The notes beneath the pieces were generated by a model that was not told the origin of the DNA, did not search any database, and saw only the letters and a program-made list of their open reading frames with translations. Shown in pieces: positions 31,948-39,117 of a DNA stretch of 64,000 bases (the stretch's first letter is position 1; each line of letters opens with the position of its first letter). The DNA lies in contig OZ242021.1 in the NCBI GenBank assembly GCA_965204925.1, positions 268,000-331,999 of the forward strand, read 5' to 3'. The translations under genes and the position numbers were made by a program. The stretch is from Candidatus Poriferihabitaceae bacterium (GTDB taxonomy: Bacteria > Pseudomonadota > Gammaproteobacteria > Arenicellales > Poriferihabitantaceae).

Positions 31948-34900
31948 TTATCGTGCCGACACTGACGTACAGGCGGTCACAGACATGACATTAGCCAACG
32001 TGCCGCATTTCTCCTTGAGCAGATGATCCGCCAGAGGAAAGAAGAAAGTGCTGATGGAATTGTAATCTATCACCGCTTGCGCGGCCTGCCCCTGACGCAC
32101 TCCCATCTCTTCCGCGACAATTTTTTCATATTCCTGCATTTCAGTTTTCTGCGCCTTGGTCCACTGGCCGCCCCGCTTCGTATTGTTGGTGAAGGGTGGA
32201 TTCATGATGACCACATCAAAGGCGTGTTGCGGGTTGAAGTCCTGACCGGAACCGGCCACATGCCGGCTGCCCGCCTGCTTCAGGGATCGTATGCCACCCC
32301 CCGTGATCGGAATTTCCTCGCCGAGCAACAACTCCAGCGACCCGGCTCCACGAATATTGCCTTTTGTATCGAATCCATGCGGCATGGAATAAACATTCAT
32401 GCACTCGAAATCCACCGATAGCCCGCCCAGGGTCATGTTGGACGCGGCCAGCTGTATGGCCTGATGATTGATATCCAGCCCGTAAATCGTGTTTTCGACC
32501 AGCTGCTTGTGCAGGTCGACAATATCCACTTGCGGGGCTGCTTCCTCAACCCGTTCCTTGATGGTCTTGAGGCAGGCCATGAGCAGCGTGCCGGTGCCGC
32601 AGGCCGGGTCGATTACGCGCAAATCGGCGGCTCTTGCCGGCGTCCAGTCGGTAAAATCCGGCGACAACGCCAGTCGCGCAAGCAGCAGCGCCGCCATGTT
32701 TTTCGTGTAGAACGCGCCCTCGCTCTCGGCCGTGTCGAGGATACGATGATACAGCGGTCCGGCATGATCGTAACCCAGTTCGCTCAACGAATCCGCAACG
32801 GCATTAGCGCAACTGACCAGACGATGCAATCCCGAAAAACACTCCACCTCATCCGGCAACGCCTCAAGCGCCGCAAGAGCCGGTTCGAATATCGGCGCAT
32901 AATCCCTGCGGAGAATTTTTCCCCACTCGTCCCGCAGTGTCCAGACCGGCTGGACCACCGAGCCGAATCCTTCCAGTCCCGCGAGACCCAGCGATTCAAT
33001 TCCACTCAGGCGCTTGTGCAACAGGCAGGCATTCGCTACCAATAGCGCGGCAATCCGGCATGTGTTTTTAGCCTCCTTGCCATCGCCAGTAAAGGATTTA
33101 CCGACCACGGGAGCCAGAGACTCTGCCGCGCCTGCCATATGGAACTTGTCCCCTGCCCACTGCACTGCATCCATGATATCGTTAGCGTTGAGTTGTCCGA
33201 ATGAACCAAGACCGGACGCATCTACTATACGGGTCATCAGGTTGCTGGCGATGTCATAACCGAAGATGTCTTCATTGACCTGATCGTGACGTTCCGCGCT
33301 TTCGGCATCGGCGGTATAAAACTCGGCCAAGGGATCCGGGACAGCGACTATGACACGTTGGGCAATTTCAGCAGCGAGTCTCCCGTCATGTGACTGAATA
33401 GCCCGCAGAACTTGTCCGATTACCCGATACCCGCTTTCATCCTGTTCGATATTTGCCAATGTAGCGGGCCCTCCGGAGATCACCACCGGCACGACGACAT
33501 AGCCGAGTTTTTTATCAGCGCCGCCGCGCCGCATGACCCGGCCAACGGCCTGCACCACATCCACCTGGCTTTTGCGGGGTTCGAGAAACACCACCGCATC
33601 CAGTGAAGGCACATCAACCCCCTCGGAAAACAGACGCACATTGCATAAAACTTCACTGGCCGCGGCATCACCGGAAACCGCGCGTAGTCTGTCCAGCGCG
33701 CGGAGTCGATCAAACGCCTTGTGACGGGCGTCCAGATGCTCTGCATGAACAGCCCCGGTTGTGGACGGATCACCCATTGTCCGGGTCGTACGTTCCTTGA
33801 CCTTCGAGTCCATCAACGCCTGTGCATACCATTTGGAGGCGGCAATAGTATTGCAATAACAGATCACCCGGCGCAGTCGGTCGGGAAGTTCGTCGGAACG
33901 GCCCTGGATATATCCGTTGAGCGCCAGTGAGGTTCCATATACACGGGTGATATGATTCTCAAGACCGGACTTGCGCACCGACCTGGCGGATGATTCCTCA
34001 ATGCCCTCCAAACGCCGTCTCATTTCAGCGCTCACCGGCGTATCCGGAATAGCCAGCACAACCACCCGGTAGTCGCATAACATGGGACGCCCGTCAATTC
34101 CCGGTGATTCGACGGCCTTTCTGAAGCTCAGGCGATAGAACTCCGGGCCGTAGGTATCCGTGTCATCCATATCGGACACTTCATAGCCCCTGGCGACCAT
34201 GCGCTGTTTGCTGCTCGCGGTATAGACTCTGGGGGTGGCGGTCATATACAGGCGTTTGGCAGCCTTGATATATTCATCGGAATGCACATCCTGGAATGAA
34301 AACTTGCCGGTAGCATCCTGCTTGCCCGCGCCGGTAGTCCAGTGGGCCTCATCGACCACGACAAGGTCAAAGGAACGGCTTCTTTCGTTCTGCCAGGATT
34401 CGGTGATGCGCCTGAGGGAATGGTGGGTGCAAAAAATGACCTTCACCCGGTCACTCGGCTTGAGAAACTTCTGAATCACCGAGGGATTGCGGGTAACCCG
34501 GCAGTTCAGTTCCAGCAGTCCCGCTTCCTCATCGGAGGACTGTCCGGCCGTGCTGTCCGAGCAAACAATCAGCGTGTTCATGTGCCGGCTCGACTGGCGC
34601 AGCCATTCCTTGCGCGCCTGACCGACGAGGGCAATACTGGGGGCGACAAACAGGATATTTTCCGCCTGTATGGCTTCAGCAATCTTCAGCGCTGTAAAAG
34701 TCTTACCGGTCGCGCATGCCATGACCAGCCTGCCGCGGTCGTGATGGGCGAAGCCATTGACACAGGCATCAATCGCTTCCTGTTGACGGGGTAGAGGATT
34801 ATGCGGTTTGCGTGTGGCCGTGTAATTGAGGGGGTCTTCGCGGTGCTTGTAGTAAAACGGGATGTATTTCCCCTCGTGCGAACGAAGATGGCTCTGGGCA

Positions 34901-35328
34901 TTGTTATTGATGCCACAGGTCGCGACAAGCATGGGATATTCGAAGACTCGTTGCCCTTCACTCTGCCCTGCGGAGGCAGAGAGAAATCCCTGTATATCCC
35001 TGAGCGACAACTTGCGCTCCTCCCGCCACAGCTTGCACTGAATCGCCACAAGCCCACCGGATTGCAGTTCACCGACGAGATCAATGCCCAGATCCTTTCT
35101 TTCACCCGATCGGGATTGCGACCAGTCGGCAAAGCGCAGCACGGAGCGCATCTCGTATTCAGGCAGCGTTGGCAGAACGGTTCGCACAAGGGTTTCAAAC
35201 TGCTCACCCTTGTCGCGCTCGGTCAGCGATGACTGGCGGATGGCATCAATTGCATCGCCAATGGACTGCGTATCATCGTCATAAACCGGCCGGGCCGAAA
35301 AGAGCGTCGATTGTCCCTGTGTAGCCAA
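31948..35328 (-). CDS. Type ISP-like restriction-modification fusion (Mrr-type nuclease, SF2 helicase-like ATPase, gamma-class N6-adenine methyltransferase); apparently lacks a TRD
   Basis: The 1126-aa ORF has an N-terminal D...QCK nuclease core (DLGIDLVGE...VAIQCKLW), helicase motif I (MACATGKTFT) and motif II (VVVDEAHW). Methyltransferase motif I is VIDPACGTGTLL and motif IV is VIMNPPF. The ORF ends about 85 aa after NPPF. Only a TTG start is available. Confidence 0.75.
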   Translation of the reverse strand: MATQGQSTLFSARPVYDDDTQSIGDAIDAIRQSSLTERDKGEQFETLVRTVLPTLPEYEMRSVLRFADWSQSRSGERKDLGIDLVGELQSGGLVAIQCKLWREERKLSLRDIQGFLSASAGQSEGQRVFEYPMLVATCGINNNAQSHLRSHEGKYIPFYYKHREDPLNYTATRKPHNPLPRQQEAIDACVNGFAHHDRGRLVMACATGKTFTALKIAEAIQAENILFVAPSIALVGQARKEWLRQSSRHMNTLIVCSDSTAGQSSDEEAGLLELNCRVTRNPSVIQKFLKPSDRVKVIFCTHHSLRRITESWQNERSRSFDLVVVDEAHWTTGAGKQDATGKFSFQDVHSDEYIKAAKRLYMTATPRVYTASSKQRMVARGYEVSDMDDTDTYGPEFYRLSFRKAVESPGIDGRPMLCDYRVVVLAIPDTPVSAEMRRRLEGIEESSARSVRKSGLENHITRVYGTSLALNGYIQGRSDELPDRLRRVICYCNTIAASKWYAQALMDSKVKERTTRTMGDPSTTGAVHAEHLDARHKAFDRLRALDRLRAVSGDAAASEVLCNVRLFSEGVDVPSLDAVVFLEPRKSQVDVVQAVGRVMRRGGADKKLGYVVVPVVISGGPATLANIEQDESGYRVIGQVLRAIQSHDGRLAAEIAQRVIVAVPDPLAEFYTADAESAERHDQVNEDIFGYDIASNLMTRIVDASGLGSFGQLNANDIMDAVQWAGDKFHMAGAAESLAPVVGKSFTGDGKEAKNTCRIAALLVANACLLHKRLSGIESLGLAGLEGFGSVVQPVWTLRDEWGKILRRDYAPIFEPALAALEALPDEVECFSGLHRLVSCANAVADSLSELGYDHAGPLYHRILDTAESEGAFYTKNMAALLLARLALSPDFTDWTPARAADLRVIDPACGTGTLLMACLKTIKERVEEAAPQVDIVDLHKQLVENTIYGLDINHQAIQLAASNMTLGGLSVDFECMNVYSMPHGFDTKGNIRGAGSLELLLGEEIPITGGGIRSLKQAGSRHVAGSGQDFNPQHAFDVVIMNPPFTNNTKRGGQWTKAQKTEMQEYEKIVAEEMGVRQGQAAQAVIDYNSISTFFFPLADHLLKEKCGTLANVMSVTACTSVSAR

Positions 35329-35430
35329 TATATCTCCAGCGCGCTGTAATGATAGTTGGTATCCAAATCAATATCGGGTTTTCCGGCAGGCGCTATATTA
35401 CACTCAACCCGGACACATTGCGAACCTGAT
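35278..35430 (-). repeat. Right arm of the inverted duplication (relic of an ATPase-ankyrin 3' end directly upstream of the Type ISP-like gene)
   Basis: See 28586-28736. On the minus strand the order is ankyrin-gene 3' end, spacer, Type ISP start, the same order seen on the plus strand at 28.6 kb. Confidence 0.8.
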
Positions 35431-35453
35431 TCTCGCTGGAGTAAACTTGCGTG

Positions 35454-37019
35454 ATGGGGAAAGATGGCGGACAGCTGAACGAGGAACAACGCACAGCGCT
35501 GGATGTGTTCACCAGAGATGGCGACCGGGGGTATACCCATATTTTCGTTGGGCGGGAAGCCGAATTGCAGTTGATCGGATCGCGAATCAGCAAACTTGTT
35601 GACAAACGGCACAGCCACCGCCCCGGCGCAGATTTGACAGTAGTTGTTCAGGGGGCGCCGGGCGCCGGTAAATCAGCGCTCCTCGAGAAAATTGAAGAAG
35701 ATTGGCCATTGGGAGAAAAGGGAAAGCCGGTAGCCATCCGAATTGCCGCAAGCGCGCTGAAATTGCCCATGGGGGAGTTGCTCGCAATCATTTCGCGCCA
35801 AGTGAACAGCGATTCGGCTATCCGGCGAACTCTGGCGAGTTTCCGTTCGATATCGGTTAATCCGGCCGGCATCGCCAATTTTACGGCGGATATGGATTCC
35901 TCGCAGCCAGGGGGGAAATCACTCACCCCGATTATTTTGCTGTTCGATGAGATACAGAGTGTACTTGCGGATGGTGTCCTGGAGCAGTCACGGGAGTGTT
36001 TGAGGGATAATCTGGAGTTACTGCACACGGGCGAACACGGAGTACCGATATTCCCGGTCTATGGAGGGCTTGCCAACAGCGCCGACCTGTTGCGCATGGC
36101 AGGTCTGACGCGGCTTGCCATGGGGTCGGAGTTGACGCTGCCGGGATTCCGTGATGACGAGATGAATGAACTGATGATGCGCTTCGTGGATAAGCATCTG
36201 TCCTCGGCAAAGCCGTCACAAGCTGTTATCGGCTGTTGGAGCGAGGCCTTTCGCCGCGACAGTCAGGGCTGGCCGATGCACTGCCGCAACTTCCTCATTG
36301 CATTATGCAAGGAAATTCGCGAGAAGGACTGGCAACCGCATGAGGCCAATCTCGACACAGTGCGCATGTACGCGCAACAGTTACGCTTTATGTATTATGC
36401 ACAGCGTATGCAAGGGGCGCTGGACGAAAGGTTCGCTCTGGTATCCAGGGCGCTGGAGGCGATGCGCCGGGGCGCCCCGAAGAAACGCGGGCAGATTGTC
36501 CAGTTGGTCGCAAAAGCGCACCAGGACAGTTTGGGCGAGGATTCTGGCTGGAGTCCCCTCCCTCATGGCATGACCGCAGAACAGGCTTTTGATGCGATGC
36601 TGCATTCCGGGATCGTACAGAAAACCGGCAAGGGAAAATTCTCCTGTCCGATTCCATCACTGGCCAGTTATATAGCGGCCAGGGCAACACTGCCGCCGAG
36701 TCCGTTGCATGAGGCGGTACTGGATGACGAGGCTGCGGATATGGATCATGCGCTTGATTTATGCCGGGATGACGAAGAGCGGGCGAAACTGCTTCATGCC
36801 GCGGACATACGCGGTCGTACGCCGTTGATGCTGGCGGTTGAGCTTGGCATGGCGGCAATGGTTGAACATCTGGTAAAAGCAGAGAGCCGCCTGCCTGCCG
36901 CGCTGCGGTCGGTGAAATCCGGGGACAGCGCCGGACGAACCGCGCGGGATTACGCCACCGCTTCGGGGGATGATCGGATGGTGGCTCTGCTGAACAGAAT
37001 CCAGCCTCATATCGACTAA
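35454..37019 (+). CDS. P-loop NTPase with C-terminal ankyrin repeats (paralogue 2)
   Basis: The protein is about 521 aa and collinear with 27036-28622, with VVQGAPGAGKSALL, IILLFDEIQ and GRTPLMLAVELGMAAMVEHLV. The C-terminal half is much more similar to paralogue 1 than the N-terminal half. A GTG at 35451 is an alternative start. Confidence 0.8.
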   Translation: MGKDGGQLNEEQRTALDVFTRDGDRGYTHIFVGREAELQLIGSRISKLVDKRHSHRPGADLTVVVQGAPGAGKSALLEKIEEDWPLGEKGKPVAIRIAASALKLPMGELLAIISRQVNSDSAIRRTLASFRSISVNPAGIANFTADMDSSQPGGKSLTPIILLFDEIQSVLADGVLEQSRECLRDNLELLHTGEHGVPIFPVYGGLANSADLLRMAGLTRLAMGSELTLPGFRDDEMNELMMRFVDKHLSSAKPSQAVIGCWSEAFRRDSQGWPMHCRNFLIALCKEIREKDWQPHEANLDTVRMYAQQLRFMYYAQRMQGALDERFALVSRALEAMRRGAPKKRGQIVQLVAKAHQDSLGEDSGWSPLPHGMTAEQAFDAMLHSGIVQKTGKGKFSCPIPSLASYIAARATLPPSPLHEAVLDDEAADMDHALDLCRDDEERAKLLHAADIRGRTPLMLAVELGMAAMVEHLVKAESRLPAALRSVKSGDSAGRTARDYATASGDDRMVALLNRIQPHID

Positions 37020-37171
37020 TATCCGGCAATGATCACTGCGCGGACGTTAGTCCTCATCACTCGCCTTACCGTCCGGAATGCGTGAACCGCCTCAACCAGC
37101 AACCGTTGTTCTTCAGTCAGCGAATAATCCGTAGTTACAACCGCCCGGTCTTGATATTCGTCTGATTATCA

Positions 37172-37347
37172 TTCATATGAACAGGGCGCCAGTTCCGCCC
37201 CGGCAACAGATGCAAATCACCCGGTTTCCATTTATACCGGATTTTCACTATGATAGGAATACAGCCGTGTCCGTGTCTGCTTTTGACGGCCAATACCCGC
37301 ATACCAATAGATCAGGAGAACAAGCGATTGCAGCCATGCCATACCTC
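37172..37347 (+). repeat. Leader repeat R, copy 3
   Basis: attcatatgaac...ggtttccatttataccggattttcactatgataggaatacagccgtgtcc...cccgcataccaatagatcaggagaacaagcgattgcagccATGccatacctc. This copy leads into the five-gene operon. Confidence 0.85.
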
Positions 37348-38097
37348 AAGGAAATCAGGAAGGGATATAAACAGGTCCAGCAAAATAGCGTCAACTCACA
37401 AAAAGTCGTGAAAATGGCGTTGCAATATGAGAATTGGAAAAACCTCCCGGGAAGTATTACCAATAAAATTTGCGATCACAACGATTATCCCGACCTGGAC
37501 GCTGACTCGGACAAACCTGTACCAGCTACTTCACAACTGGGCCGGGAATGTCAAATGCAGAGAAATACCCAAAGAATCGACCTGGCTTACACCTTGCACA
37601 GATATAGACCAACTGCCTCTTCTCTACCATTTGACCCGCTAGACGCCGGAGACTTCCCCAGAATCTGGGAGTTGCTTGCAAAGGACAAAAACAGGAGCAA
37701 ACAGGAAAGCAAGAGATGGGTTACTACAGTCCCTTTAACCCTCCGATCAGAACAGGATTTTCGCGACCTGATATGTCGTTTGGGTATGTACCACTGGCAA
37801 GGGACACCGCAGGACACCCCTGTCTTTTGCCTGAAATTGAGTGGAATCAACTGTGTAAAACCCAACGCGCTGGACGCGGATTTGGCATTCTACTTCCATC
37901 AAACACCAGAAAAAGCTCCCGGTCGAACGAGAAATCTGAAAACAGGCCGACCGGATATGGAGGAATGGCTATGCCCGGAGAAAAATCAAGCTTCCATCAA
38001 ATGTGTAGGCGTCTGCTTTATCAGAAAAGACATCAAAATTAATATGGGTGCTTATTTCGGCAATTGCGTGAAAAGGATACAAGGCAACAAGGGGTAG
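37336..38097 (+). CDS. Hypothetical protein A (no recognisable domain), first gene of the five-gene operon
   Basis: The ORF spans 37177-38097. I prefer the ATG at 37336 because it is the conserved MPYL start of leader R. The protein is about 253 aa and I recognise no motif in it. The start is uncertain. Confidence 0.55.
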   Translation: MPYLKEIRKGYKQVQQNSVNSQKVVKMALQYENWKNLPGSITNKICDHNDYPDLDADSDKPVPATSQLGRECQMQRNTQRIDLAYTLHRYRPTASSLPFDPLDAGDFPRIWELLAKDKNRSKQESKRWVTTVPLTLRSEQDFRDLICRLGMYHWQGTPQDTPVFCLKLSGINCVKPNALDADLAFYFHQTPEKAPGRTRNLKTGRPDMEEWLCPEKNQASIKCVGVCFIRKDIKINMGAYFGNCVKRIQGNKG

Positions 38098-38105
38098 AAA
38101 ACTGT

Positions 38106-39113
38106 ATGGACAAGGAGCAAATAATCAGGCAATTCTTTCAAAACGAGGAGGGTGCGATTTCGTATGTTCGAAACCGTCTGCTGGGTAATTTCGACAAAGC
38201 CCCGCCGCCAACCAGTGACCGTTTTATTGAAGAATTTCCGACCGATATTTTGCAACACCTGGTACTGTCCGATACCCTTGTGGACAAAACTGTTTTCTGG
38301 AATGCCTGTTTCCGTTTATTCAAGGAATGGCGCGCCCCCCGGGAAGCCGATGCAAACAGTGCGGCTGGCTTGAGTGAGTTGGTCTATATGATTCGCCAAT
38401 TCCACCGCCGCCATGAAGATATTTTCCGGGAAGAAAAAAGACGCTGGGAAGAAGAGTTGAAGAATCCCGAACTTCTGCCAGCGAGCACGGATGGCAAGCC
38501 GGAGAGAAATATGGTGTATGCCCAGAATTTGAGTCTGGTGCATATCTGGAACCTGTGGCCAAAGAATAGATGGTCAAAACTGTATGAACTTATTTTGGAA
38601 AAAGAAAGTGTAAATAACGACACCCGATTTGAGATCATGCTGATTACCGCCCAACATTTGGATTGGGATGCAACCAAGACCAGGCGATTGTTTCAGTGGG
38701 CCTTGGAGCGCCGGAATCATCTGCCGAAAACTTTCTACAACGAGTATTTTTTCAACCGCTTATACCTGTGTGGTCCTCAAGCAAATAATACAGATGTAAA
38801 TGAACGTAAAGACTGCCAGAACAAACTGGTTAATGATACCCTGAAGGCCTGTGTATATCTGTCCGACGCTCTGTCCAGGGAACAAAAAAAGACTCTCGGC
38901 AAGGCTTTGCTTGAAGCCAGCGAACTGTTCGATTTGAAAAGTTTCCAATGTCTTGCCAGGCGAACAAGGTCGTTACTGAAGCAGGAACTGGACAAACTCG
39001 CCCAACCGCCTTCTGAAAAGGAAATCAGTATATGCAAGCCTGTTACTGCCCCCTTGAGCGGAAGTGGATACATGAGTAATCAGTACGCTGGCGCACTGCC
39101 AGCGGCCGCCTGA
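38106..39113 (+). CDS. Hypothetical protein B (predicted mostly helical, no recognisable domain)
   Basis: The ORF spans 38064-39113 but opens with TTG. The first ATG, at 38106 (MDKEQIIRQFF), lies 8 nt after the stop of A. Codon usage looks coherent and the gene is tightly spaced within the operon. Confidence 0.6.
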   Translation: MDKEQIIRQFFQNEEGAISYVRNRLLGNFDKAPPPTSDRFIEEFPTDILQHLVLSDTLVDKTVFWNACFRLFKEWRAPREADANSAAGLSELVYMIRQFHRRHEDIFREEKRRWEEELKNPELLPASTDGKPERNMVYAQNLSLVHIWNLWPKNRWSKLYELILEKESVNNDTRFEIMLITAQHLDWDATKTRRLFQWALERRNHLPKTFYNEYFFNRLYLCGPQANNTDVNERKDCQNKLVNDTLKACVYLSDALSREQKKTLGKALLEASELFDLKSFQCLARRTRSLLKQELDKLAQPPSEKEISICKPVTAPLSGSGYMSNQYAGALPAAA

Positions 39114-39117
39114 AACA

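Noticed and set aside
30742-31965. A 407-aa plus-strand ORF across the RTX region, plus other alternate-frame ORFs (30654-30944, 31305-31598).
   Set aside because: It is antisense or out of frame to the nonapeptide-repeat gene. Repetitive GC-rich repeats keep several frames open, and only the minus-strand frame gives GGxGxDxL repeats. It is also not a CRISPR array, because the repeats are coding, degenerate and unspaced.
37030-37150. A minus-strand frame reading ...DYSLTEEQRLLVEAVHAFRTV..., reminiscent of the N-terminus of acyl-CoA dehydrogenases, considered as a possible relic of the original chromosomal gene at this site.
   Set aside because: Only about 18 residues resemble the family and there is no start codon or continuation. 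This is too short to support without a database search.
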